Positions 38,721 to 47,038 of a DNA stretch of 64,000 nucleotides are shown one piece after another. The notes under the pieces were generated by a model. The model made no database searches. It saw nothing but the letters and a program-made list of their open reading frames with translations, and was not told where the DNA came from. The translations under genes were made by a program, and so were the position numbers. Within the stretch, counting starts at the first letter, position 1. Each line of letters begins with the position of its first letter. Source of the DNA: a virus (Duplodnaviria; Heunggongvirae; Uroviricota; Caudoviricetes); IMG/VR virus record IMGVR_UViG_3300021354_000005, positions 13,561 to 77,560 of that record. One strand, 5' to 3'.

Positions 38721-39731
38721 ATATAATTAGAACAAAGGTAGGTGTATTCCATTGATCTTCAAATAACTATTTTAATTATTCATAAACTTATTGCTATATT
38801 ATCCACTATTTTTCTCATTGGTGTATTTAGAAGAACCTAAGCCCTATTCTCCTTCCCCACCCACACTCCCCAAAGTTAATGGTGTCCTTGTGATATAAAC
38901 AAATTTATTTTTAAAATGTGGATAACTTGAATGACAGGATATTATAATCTAGGTACAGCAAGATATTATAAATGGGAGCAACCTGATAAAAATAGGTGCA
39001 AAAGCATATAATATATTATAAACAGTGCAAACTATATTCAAAAACATATAATGTCCCTTATATAGGACAACCTATAGCTTGACATGTCCCTTATAAGACA
39101 CATTATGTTCACAAATAAAGCTTGTTCACGAATACGTGAACAGAAGAAAAATGTGAACAATATGTAAAGCAATAGCTTGACAAAACGTAAGATGGGTAAA
39201 GCCATAGCTTGACTTTTGGCAGAATATAGACTTGTTATATCTTGCCAAATGATTGATAAATGTCCAGATTTTGATCGATAAAACTGGACAATCTAGGAAG
39301 TGAAAAGCTGCCAAACCAGGAAGTCCTTGTTACCTTTATATATAAATGTGTCACAAATATTTGAAAAAGTGTGACATGCCCTGCATGAAACTTTGGAAAA
39401 ATTCATGCAAACATTTAACATGGGCCCATGGAACAATTAACATTAAACACATCTAACTTATTGGTTGTTAAGCAATTAAGTCCATAGTTCCACAAGGAAC
39501 GTTTTACAAAATTTTTTTTCCAATTTTACAAACCTTTTATATTAAGGTGAGGGGAGTCCACACCACATCACAACCCCCTGTGCAAGTTGGGAGGTTGGGG
39601 GTGCTCCCCATGCTTCGAGTGGTCAAATTGAATTCTTAAAACAGAGTTCAGAAAACAGATTTTTGAGACCATACCCTGTCATAACCCTCAACCAGTCATA
39701 ACCCTTTTTACAATCTAAAATAAATAAAATT
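38721..39731. promoter_or_regulatory. divergent control region between late (leftward) and early (rightward) arms; candidate promoters, operators or origin
   Basis: 1 kb noncoding. Contains ATAGCTTGAC x3, TGTTCAC/GTGAACA x4 (including the perfect palindrome TGTTCACG-AATA-CGTGAACA), a 31-bp near-palindrome TGTCCAG...CTGGACA, TGTGTCACA/GTGTGACA, GATATTATAA x2, TGTCCCTTATA x2, GTCATAACCCT x2, a C-rich tract and a GC island. Confidence 0.6.
39546..39625 (+). other. GC-rich structured island (candidate small RNA, leader structure or protein-binding site)
   Basis: GGGGAG at 39551-56 pairs with CTCCCC at 39604-09. Nested CCCCC/GGGGG and GGGG-TGCT-CCCC stems. Sharp GC spike in an otherwise AT-rich spacer, ~100 nt upstream of the first rightward ORF. 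Confidence 0.35.
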
Positions 39732-39953
39732 ATGAGAAGTACAGAAATTATTGCTTACCAATTAGAGAATGATGGTATATGTAGATTTGTTTACCACAAA
39801 TCAATAGAATCATTAGAAGTAGTATCAGTGGATAACTACTTAGGAATGAGAGACTTTTTAAAACGCTCTGGTGGACAACAACTTCCTAATAACAAAGACA
39901 TTCACAAATGGGCTAAAGAAATGGAGACACAGCTCTCTGTTGCTGTTCATTAG
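39732..39953 (+). CDS. hypothetical early protein (73 aa)
   Basis: First ORF of the rightward arm. A-rich start context. Confidence 0.45.
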   Translation: MRSTEIIAYQLENDGICRFVYHKSIESLEVVSVDNYLGMRDFLKRSGGQQLPNNKDIHKWAKEMETQLSVAVH

Positions 39954-40189
39954 TGATGCTTGAACAACTGTAAAAGGTTCTGCAGGACTCATCTCTCACC
40001 CCATTTAAGTTTAATAAACTTGGGTAATAGAAAGAAGAGGTACAGTTGTTCATTCTTCACCATCATCCAGTCTTAACCCTTTAATCGAATTGGGGTGCAA
40101 TAAAGTGTCATATTGTGAGATGAACATTGAAAGATGTCGTGCTCACAATGGATGGACAGCCCCATTTTTAATCATTAAATAACAATTAT

Positions 40190-40459
40190 ATGAACACAAC
40201 TAAGTACATTGAAGAATTTAGAGTTAATGGTAATGGATTTGAACAGTTTTCTGATGATGCTATTGTTTATGCTATTTTAGAGTATTCTAAATATCCAAGA
40301 CATTTTAGTAAAGAAGAAAGAATTGTTTACTTCTATGATAAATGCTGTGAGTATGAACAAAAACCTCAACACACAATAATTGTTGAGTTCGATGAACAGT
40401 ATGGTTTTTTTACAGTATTAGTGCCTCTTTATTGTACAGACACTAATCACAAGGGCTAA
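40190..40459 (+). CDS. hypothetical early protein (89 aa)
   Basis: ORF followed by the small hairpin AAGGG-CTAACC-CCTT. Confidence 0.45.
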   Translation: MNTTKYIEEFRVNGNGFEQFSDDAIVYAILEYSKYPRHFSKEERIVYFYDKCCEYEQKPQHTIIVEFDEQYGFFTVLVPLYCTDTNHKG

Positions 40460-40472
40460 CCCCTTAAACAAC

Positions 40473-40925
40473 TTGAGAATTTCTATTATTAATAAACAAA
40501 AAACAAAACAAATGGCATTAAATTTCAAAGTACGAGAAGCACGTGCACCAATTGCTTCATTAGGTAAAGTAGTAGACGTATTAGGTAAAGGTGGAAAGAT
40601 TGAGTTCAATCCTCTTAACTATGCTGCTACAGACAGACGATTAGTTGCTTACTTAGTAAAAGCTGACGGTAGTGAAGAACAAATCACTTGTTCTCAACCA
40701 GTTAGTGAAGGTGTAAGAAGCAAAGAGATTTCATTGAACCAGTTAATGGGCTTTGAAATCAAAGAACAAGTTAGTGCAGCAGGTGAGGTTTACAACCAAA
40801 TCAACAAGCCTGACAATGCAACAAGCAGAATCAGCTTTGATGCTGATGACATCACTGTTCAAGAGTACAAAGTAGAAGCTCTTACAGAAGATAAGATTAA
40901 ATCATTAATCGCAGTTAGCTTGTAA
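40473..40925 (+). CDS. hypothetical early protein (150 aa; alternative start at 40512 giving MALNFKV...)
   Basis: ORF bracketed by its own strong intrinsic terminator, suggesting a discrete, highly expressed early transcript. Confidence 0.5.
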   Translation: MRISIINKQKTKQMALNFKVREARAPIASLGKVVDVLGKGGKIEFNPLNYAATDRRLVAYLVKADGSEEQITCSQPVSEGVRSKEISLNQLMGFEIKEQVSAAGEVYNQINKPDNATSRISFDADDITVQEYKVEALTEDKIKSLIAVSL

Positions 40926-40930
40926 TTAAT

Positions 40931-40976
40931 AAGAGGGCAGTGTTCCACAAAGAACATTGCTCTCTTTATATATATT
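40931..40976 (+). terminator. rho-independent terminator
   Basis: 15-bp stem AAGAGGGCAGTGTTC/GAACATTGCTCTCTT (two G-U pairs), loop CACAAA, then TATATATATT. Confidence 0.65.
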
Positions 40977-41144
40977 ATGAGGGTGTAGGGGCCAGGGGTT
41001 GAGGGATAACACACTGATTATCAACAACTTCTCTGTAAGAATGAGAATAGGTGTAGGTACTATAGCTGCTTTCAACCCATTATAACAACATTCATAAACT
41101 ATGCTATCCAATAATAATATATATAGCATTAAATAACAAATAAC

Positions 41145-41333
41145 ATGCATACATTAGTAATTACATTCAAACATGGACAACCTATATTTCCTTATAGTAT
41201 TAGATATGATGGAGAACTTATTCATTATAAGATATATGATAATGATTTAGATCATTCTGTTCACACTGATAATATAGATGAGGTTAAGCTTATATCTATT
41301 AGTCTTCTTAATAGTTATATTAGACATATCTAA
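41145..41333 (+). CDS. hypothetical small protein (62 aa)
   Basis: ORF only. Weak call. Confidence 0.25.
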   Translation: MHTLVITFKHGQPIFPYSIRYDGELIHYKIYDNDLDHSVHTDNIDEVKLISISLLNSYIRHI

Positions 41334-41554
41334 TGTACCATTTCTATTTCCCAAGGATAGACAGATAGTGATCAGGACTATGTAGCAATACATTGTAATT
41401 GCTCTGATTAAATGTACATGAACAGCTATTTGAGTACAGAGGGATTTGTTGCATATGAATACATTAGAATATACAGCTGAGGCAACATTAGGCTATATAT
41501 TCGCCTTTTAAACACAACACACTAAAATGGCTGTATACAGCTAACCAACTTATT

Positions 41555-41797
41555 ATGGAAAATAATTATGTAGTTTACTTAAACAAACGCAATGATGTAT
41601 ATGCAAGAGATGCACATACATGGGCAAAGAATAACAATATACTTGTTAAGGATGAAAACATTATCTCTGAGGTGGTATTCTACAACTTCTTAGATAGAGG
41701 TCTTTTAGATGGTAAAGCCATCTATTTTTGTAAAGATATACAAGATGATAGAATAGCTTGGGAAGATAAATTGAATAACCAATACAAAATCAATTAG
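41555..41797 (+). CDS. hypothetical protein (80 aa)
   Basis: ORF. Its stop lies 3 nt from the next start. Confidence 0.45.
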   Translation: MENNYVVYLNKRNDVYARDAHTWAKNNNILVKDENIISEVVFYNFLDRGLLDGKAIYFCKDIQDDRIAWEDKLNNQYKIN

Positions 41798-41799
41798 TT

Positions 41800-42360
41800 A
41801 TGAACACTAAACTACACCAATTAGACAAATTTACAATGTTGTCTTTATTAGAGGACCAACAAGACATGGCTCATAAACAAATGGGCATATCTCATATTAT
41901 ACATTCTTATTATACAAATAATGGATATGTTGAGAGCGATGACAATCATAGTTCTGTTGAGAATTATGAGATTGAAGATAATAAACACCTATATGATTTA
42001 TTATTATTTATGTGCTATGACTTTAGTGAATTTATTCAGAATTATGCTATGGGATATTATATTGATAATCTTCCATTGAATAGAAATCCAATGCTTTTAG
42101 AAATAGAATATGATAATAATGAGTTAATATTCAAAATAGGAGCAGACACAGCTTACACCATCTTAATAGACAAAGAAGATCGTAGTGTAATAGAAGAGAA
42201 TAGAGAGATTGTACACAATTTCTTTAAATGTTATACATATGAAATCATTAAAATTGAGGATAGATGGCATCATGCATACAGTCAAATAAATGACACTAGA
42301 ATAGAAGAATTCATTCAGAAGCATACACATTTAGTAGATTATGTCCTTGAACTTAACTAA
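41800..42360 (+). CDS. hypothetical protein (186 aa)
   Basis: ORF. Confidence 0.45.
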   Translation: MNTKLHQLDKFTMLSLLEDQQDMAHKQMGISHIIHSYYTNNGYVESDDNHSSVENYEIEDNKHLYDLLLFMCYDFSEFIQNYAMGYYIDNLPLNRNPMLLEIEYDNNELIFKIGADTAYTILIDKEDRSVIEENREIVHNFFKCYTYEIIKIEDRWHHAYSQINDTRIEEFIQKHTHLVDYVLELN

Positions 42361-42451
42361 TATATATCTCTGTTATTAGCCTTTAATATTAACCAAAGGC
42401 GATATATATTATATAACACATTATCAATCAACCATTTAACACACATCACTT

Positions 42452-42691
42452 ATGAAAAAATTTGAATTATATCTTGGCATAGCCATGATAATTGCAGTAA
42501 CGGTATTAATATGCATGTATATGTTTATATTCTCATATACAAGCGAAAGACTTATGTTTGTGTCATTCTTCTCAATAGTAAGTTATATTATAGCCTATTT
42601 ATATATAGATAGTTATATAACTAGACATGAAATGCATCATTATCTAAAAGGATATGATGATGCTAGAAAGGATATTACATCACAGCATTAA
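42452..42691 (+). CDS. small membrane protein (79 aa)
   Basis: Two hydrophobic helices: IAMIIAVTVLICMYMFIF and FVSFFSIVSYIIAYLYI. Confidence 0.45.
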   Translation: MKKFELYLGIAMIIAVTVLICMYMFIFSYTSERLMFVSFFSIVSYIIAYLYIDSYITRHEMHHYLKGYDDARKDITSQH

Positions 42692-42759
42692 TATAGCATT
42701 CACACAGCTATTAAAGATATTGGCTAGGTTAGTAAGTAGACAATGTGTGTTTGGTTAAT

Positions 42760-42797
42760 AGGGCTCAGCTTCCCCCAGCTGGGCTCTATTTTTTTTA
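42760..42797 (+). terminator. rho-independent terminator
   Basis: GGGCTCAGCT-TCCCCC-AGCTGGGCTC stem-loop with G-U pairs, followed by a T8 run. Confidence 0.55.
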
Positions 42798-42820
42798 TTA
42801 ATTATTAAAAACTAACACTT

Positions 42821-43129
42821 ATGTGTATTTTATGTAATGCCTCACAAGAGCAACAAAAAGAATATGGTGTAGCATTTGGCTATCCAGATTGTTGTATTGA
42901 TGAATATATTAATGACTCAGCAAGAATGATGAGAACAAAGATTGATCCTCGTAATAGAAAGCAAATTAAAATAGCTAGAGAGAAATATGGATTTGTTCCA
43001 TGTAAATATCATGCAATGCTAATACATCAGGGTAAAACAACAGCTGAAGAATTAGTAGCTAATAGAAGAAATGCTGAACGATCAGCTGAACTGAATAAAT
43101 TAGCACAAGAAACTGGATGGGAAGATTAA
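42821..43129 (+). CDS. Cys-rich hypothetical protein (102 aa)
   Basis: MCILCNAS...YPDCCIDEY...VPCKYHAM. Confidence 0.45.
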   Translation: MCILCNASQEQQKEYGVAFGYPDCCIDEYINDSARMMRTKIDPRNRKQIKIAREKYGFVPCKYHAMLIHQGKTTAEELVANRRNAERSAELNKLAQETGWED

Positions 43130-43150
43130 TTCATTATTAAAAACAATTAT

Positions 43151-43726
43151 ATGTTTATAGAAGCAAAATTGGTATTTCAATCATATGTACCAAATGAATT
43201 TGAAATAGGCATGTTATTTAAGAGAACAATATCCATGCGTAAGCTTAAAACAACATTTAAGTATGATGAGATATTTGCACTTAAAGATATACCACAAGAT
43301 AGAGAAGCATTTATACTGACCAATGGTTTTCCTGTTAAACCAACAATTGTTAGTATTACAGCTAATCCTGACAGGAATGCTGATGTATTAGCAACATCTG
43401 ACCTAATAGGTTGGTGGGACGATGGTCCAGATACAGACAATCTCAGAGATATAGAGATTAAAGACTTTAACTATATATTAGAGAACTATGATGGTAATGT
43501 AGATATAGAAGTTAAAGATGATATGTTTGACCAAGGAATAGCTGAACCAGTTATATATACAGGTAAGGTTATATTGACTATTCCAACAGTTAAAGGAGGA
43601 GAATATGATGAAGAAGATGATGATTGGGATGTTACATCAGGTGATAGACTAGATGATGAGGAAGACTGGGATGATATGGATGATGATGCTGATGAACATG
43701 AATTTGAAATAGGTGGATCTGAATAA
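43151..43726 (+). CDS. hypothetical protein with a strongly acidic C-terminal tail (191 aa)
   Basis: C-terminus GGEYDEEDDDWDVTSGDRLDDEEDWDDMDDDADEHEFE. Candidate DNA mimic or acidic anti-defence-like protein (speculative). Confidence 0.45.
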   Translation: MFIEAKLVFQSYVPNEFEIGMLFKRTISMRKLKTTFKYDEIFALKDIPQDREAFILTNGFPVKPTIVSITANPDRNADVLATSDLIGWWDDGPDTDNLRDIEIKDFNYILENYDGNVDIEVKDDMFDQGIAEPVIYTGKVILTIPTVKGGEYDEEDDDWDVTSGDRLDDEEDWDDMDDDADEHEFEIGGSE

Positions 43727-43752
43727 TTATTAATATCTAAAAACAAAAAAAC

Positions 43753-43938
43753 ATGCCTTACTCAACATGCTGTGGAGCACACACCACAATGCCAGAAATT
43801 GATATCTGTCCTGATTGCAGAGAACACTGTGATTGGGAAGATGATGATGATGAAACAATTGCTAATCAAGCAATATTAGTTCAGTCTGAATTAATCACTA
43901 TTGAATATAAACCAGATGATTATGACAGAGCTGAATAA
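43753..43938 (+). CDS. small Cys-rich zinc-ribbon protein (61 aa)
   Basis: CCGAHTTMPEIDICPDCREHCDWEDDDDE. Confidence 0.4.
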   Translation: MPYSTCCGAHTTMPEIDICPDCREHCDWEDDDDETIANQAILVQSELITIEYKPDDYDRAE

Positions 43939-44125
43939 CACATTAAAAACCAAAGAGATGAAAGAGCTATTTAAAATTTTATTTGAGGATAAACATCCTG
44001 AAGATCAACCATTAAAGCTTGAAATTAAGCTTAAATCTACTGCTACACCTGATGAGGAGTTAGATCAAAATGAATGGTATCAATATATTAATCAATTAAT
44101 TGAATCAAATGCCAAACGTTCCTAA
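43901..44125 (+). CDS. hypothetical small protein (74 aa)
   Basis: ORF. Start overlaps the previous ORF, so the real start may be internal. Confidence 0.3.
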   Translation: MNINQMIMTELNNTLKTKEMKELFKILFEDKHPEDQPLKLEIKLKSTATPDEELDQNEWYQYINQLIESNAKRS

Positions 44126-44657
44126 ACATACCTATCTAGATGCAACCAATAAGCACATGGTTAGAGAGTTTTTATTCTCTTTCTTTAAATATAGTGCTAT
44201 TGTAGGACTAGCTGGTCCAAACATCAATGAATATATAAAATGGTGTAAATCAAAAGGTTATAAAGATATAGAAATATGGGAGAATACACCTGAAGTAGCA
44301 ATACATCAATTGATGAACATTAATCATCCTGTTAGAATGAGATTTGGTAACATATTAGATGCTGAACCAAATAGAATCAAGACATTATATGACCTTGATT
44401 ATTGTGTAACAGCTCGTTATATGAAAGAACATATGAAGAAATTTAAAGATAACTTCATCATGACATTCTCTAGGAGGATAAAAGATGCTGAGACTATAAA
44501 TACATTCTTTAAAGCTCGTAAAGAGAAAATAGTAGCATCATTAGATTCGTATCACCCATTTCATCATACATATTATGATACAGATAATGGCAGTAGATAT
44601 ATATTTGTTAACTATCATGACACATCTAATATGTGTTGTGTTGCAAAAATTAGATAA
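44100..44657 (+). CDS. hypothetical protein (185 aa)
   Basis: ORF. GLAGPNINEY segment, possibly a Rossmann-like glycine loop. No firm motif. Confidence 0.4.
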   Translation: MNQMPNVPKHTYLDATNKHMVREFLFSFFKYSAIVGLAGPNINEYIKWCKSKGYKDIEIWENTPEVAIHQLMNINHPVRMRFGNILDAEPNRIKTLYDLDYCVTARYMKEHMKKFKDNFIMTFSRRIKDAETINTFFKARKEKIVASLDSYHPFHHTYYDTDNGSRYIFVNYHDTSNMCCVAKIR

Positions 44658-44658
44658 C

Positions 44659-44934
44659 ATGGCAAGAACATCATCATTCTTCTACACAGAAGAACAAACT
44701 AAAGAGTTAAAACAATTAGCATTAACTGATGAAACAGGAATAGCTATTGCTAAAAGATTAGCTAGAAAATGGAAAAGACCTTTTGCAGGTGTATATTGTA
44801 AAATTAGTGCATTACGCAAAACAGGTGGTAAATTAAAGAAAGAGAACAGAATGGCATTACCAGCTGGTTTCTCATTTGATTTCAAGCCTATTAGAGCTGA
44901 AATGTACAAGAATCACGTAAGACTATATTGGTAA
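44659..44934 (+). CDS. small basic protein (91 aa)
   Basis: Track ORF 44575-44934 trimmed to the Met (MARTSSFF...) that follows the upstream stop. Lys/Arg-rich. Confidence 0.4.
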   Translation: MARTSSFFYTEEQTKELKQLALTDETGIAIAKRLARKWKRPFAGVYCKISALRKTGGKLKKENRMALPAGFSFDFKPIRAEMYKNHVRLYW

Positions 44935-44953
44935 CCAAATAAAACACACACAT

Positions 44954-45178
44954 ATGGCAACTCTAATGGATTCTAGCAGAAACTATTCACATTTCGATGT
45001 GCTAACTTACACAGCTGATTCAGCTGCTGATAAGTTTATCGAGGCTGTTTATGCAATAAGCAGACAGCAAGCTCGTAACAGATTGATAATCAAAGATGGT
45101 AGATATATGTATACACCATCAGATGAATTTAATCAAGCTGGACCTAAATTAATCAGGTTTAAAAACTACAAAAGATGA
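44954..45178 (+). CDS. hypothetical protein (74 aa)
   Basis: ORF. Confidence 0.4.
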   Translation: MATLMDSSRNYSHFDVLTYTADSAADKFIEAVYAISRQQARNRLIIKDGRYMYTPSDEFNQAGPKLIRFKNYKR

Positions 45179-45223
45179 TATATTTCATTATCTTTGTGTT
45201 AATCGTCTGGATATGGATGCTCT

Positions 45224-45487
45224 ATGAATTTCGTAGAGCTCCATATATGGATGATGATGGACACACAATCAACAAACATGATTCTTCAACTAAATCCAAT
45301 GATACCAATAATCAGGAAATCTGATGGTATGAAAGGGTATGCCTTTCTAGTAATAGATTATTCACAAGAGCATTATTTATTATTTACATGTGCCATGCAA
45401 AATGGTGACATATGGTCATTAGATAATAGAGAAATATCTCTTCAAAATAATCCTTCATTAGATAGAAAAACAAACACACATGAATAA
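45224..45487 (+). CDS. hypothetical protein (87 aa)
   Basis: ORF. Confidence 0.35.
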   Translation: MNFVELHIWMMMDTQSTNMILQLNPMIPIIRKSDGMKGYAFLVIDYSQEHYLLFTCAMQNGDIWSLDNREISLQNNPSLDRKTNTHE

Positions 45488-45668
45488 TTACGAGGTTAAA
45501 CAGTCAGCCATATTACAAATGGAAATAGATTATTTACGTGAAGAACTAGCTAAACTTAAGCAAGAAAATATAGAGCTTAAGCAAAGAATAGATAAACGCA
45601 AGAGAACAACAGGTAAAAAAGTGTATTCAGTAATTATTAAATCAGAACAAAATGAAAGAATATCTTAG
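45480..45668 (+). CDS. small coiled-coil protein (62 aa)
   Basis: ILQMEIDYLREELAKLKQENIELKQRIDKRKR, a leucine-zipper-like heptad. Confidence 0.4.
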   Translation: MNNYEVKQSAILQMEIDYLREELAKLKQENIELKQRIDKRKRTTGKKVYSVIIKSEQNERIS

Positions 45669-45799
45669 TTTTGTATGGGAATCATTAATACATCCACATG
45701 AATTTATGGATATAGCACCAGCAATCCAGCTTATATTAGCTTTGATATGTTGGTATTATTGTGTTAGAGCATTTATTTCATTATATAAACATTATAAAC

Positions 45800-46099
45800 A
45801 TGGCAAATAGTAAAAAATTAACAGTAAAAGATATCAGAGCTCATTTATTTATTAATGTACGTGGTAATCATGTAGATTTAATATATCATGATGATTATGA
45901 CAATGGTGCAGGACTTGGTGCTGCATTATCTAGCTTATTAGAAGAAGATGATAAACTATTTGATATAATGAGTGCTGCATTACTTACAGCTCTTGAATCA
46001 AAAGCAAAAACTGCTCCTAAAAAGAAAGATAACCCTAAACAAATGAATGGTGTTAAGAGTGATAAACCATTTGTAAAGACTAGAAAAAAGGTAAAATAG
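45800..46099 (+). CDS. small protein with a Lys-rich basic C-terminal tail (candidate DNA-binding)
   Basis: Track ORF starts at 45761. The internal Met at 45800 (MANSKKL) has the typical A-rich context. C-terminus KAKTAPKKKDNPKQ...KTRKKVK. Confidence 0.4.
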   Translation: MANSKKLTVKDIRAHLFINVRGNHVDLIYHDDYDNGAGLGAALSSLLEEDDKLFDIMSAALLTALESKAKTAPKKKDNPKQMNGVKSDKPFVKTRKKVK

Positions 46100-46258
46100 A
46101 AATAAATTTCCAATTTAATGCATTAAATTACACATTATGAATAAGTATTTTACATTTTATGAAGGTTTTAATAGACTAGATAAGAGTGAACAGAGATATT
46201 ATTTATGGGACATGATTAAATGGTGTGTTAAACAATATATTAAAACATACAAGAAATA

Positions 46259-46462
46259 ATGGAAACATATATATCAGAAGCAGAATTAATGATTAGTGCT
46301 AAAAAATTTAGAGATACACTGACATATGATGAGAAGTTTGATTTTGAAATAGAAACTAGTATATTATACTTTGGAGACAAAGGTAAAACTACCACGAATA
46401 GCAAACTTAATGCATCACAAGCAAGAATGAAAAGATATGGTGTACATAAAGATAAAAAATAA
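46259..46462 (+). CDS. hypothetical small protein (67 aa)
   Basis: ORF. Confidence 0.4.
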   Translation: METYISEAELMISAKKFRDTLTYDEKFDFEIETSILYFGDKGKTTTNSKLNASQARMKRYGVHKDKK

Positions 46463-46465
46463 CCT

Positions 46466-46666
46466 ATGAAAACAGCAATGGAAATGGCATTAGCAAGGAT
46501 TGAAATGCTTTATATTGAAAAAGATAATATTCATTGGGAAATGTTTAAGAATGATTGTATGGAAAAAGAAAAAAGTCAGATAATAGATGCAGTTGATTAT
46601 GGATGCTCTGATTGGGGAAGTTCTAAAGATGCAGAAAAATATTACAAACAAACCTATAACAAATAA
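46466..46666 (+). CDS. small protein, paralog A (MKTAM...YYKQTYNK)
   Basis: Shares its N-terminus (MKTAM), the internal EKEK..II.A motif and its C-terminus (YYxQTYN) with the ORF at 46829-47035. Confidence 0.45.
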   Translation: MKTAMEMALARIEMLYIEKDNIHWEMFKNDCMEKEKSQIIDAVDYGCSDWGSSKDAEKYYKQTYNK

Positions 46667-46669
46667 CCT

Positions 46670-46813
46670 ATGAAACTAACTAACAAATACTATATTGATT
46701 ATATAACTTTACCAAAAAAAAATATAAAAAATACGTTTAACAAACTAATTTTTGGTGGATTTATCATTGGAATTTTATTAGGAGGTCTAATGGGGATAAT
46801 ACTATTTTATTAA
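46670..46813 (+). CDS. micro-ORF (47 aa) with a C-terminal transmembrane helix
   Basis: Not in the ORF track. Translated by hand: MKLTNKYYIDYITLPKKNIKNTFNKLIFGGFIIGILLGGLMGIILFY. Lies exactly between the two paralogs. Confidence 0.3.
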   Translation: MKLTNKYYIDYITLPKKNIKNTFNKLIFGGFIIGILLGGLMGIILFY

Positions 46814-46828
46814 CCAAACAAATAACTT

Positions 46829-47035
46829 ATGAAAACAGCAATGCAAGAATGGTTTGATGAATTAAAAGCTAATTATCCTTATATGGCTAATGAAATCTTT
46901 GATAAAGGATTTAATAAATATCTTGAAAAAGAAAAAGAGCATATAATAGAGGCTTATTCTGAAGGATATACTAATTGGGATTCTGAAATGACATCAATTG
47001 AATACTACAACCAAACCTATAACCAAAACAAATAA
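46829..47035 (+). CDS. small protein, paralog B (MKTAM...YYNQTYNQNK)
   Basis: Paralog of 46466-46666. Confidence 0.45.
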   Translation: MKTAMQEWFDELKANYPYMANEIFDKGFNKYLEKEKEHIIEAYSEGYTNWDSEMTSIEYYNQTYNQNK

Positions 47036-47038
47036 CCT

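Noticed and set aside
39126-39314. 62-aa minus-strand ORF inside the control region
   Set aside because: Sits on the iterated operator-like motifs (ATAGCTTGAC, TGTTCAC palindrome). Hydrophobic junk translation and no start context.
39546-39640. Possible tRNA in the GC-rich island
   Set aside because: No GTTCGA/TTCGAATCC-type T-loop, no D-loop consensus, and the arms do not fit a cloverleaf. Kept only as an unclassified structured element.
40926-41150. 74-aa minus-strand ORF after the 150-aa early gene
   Set aside because: Antisense to the strong terminator and the G4 motif. The surrounding genes all run on the plus strand.
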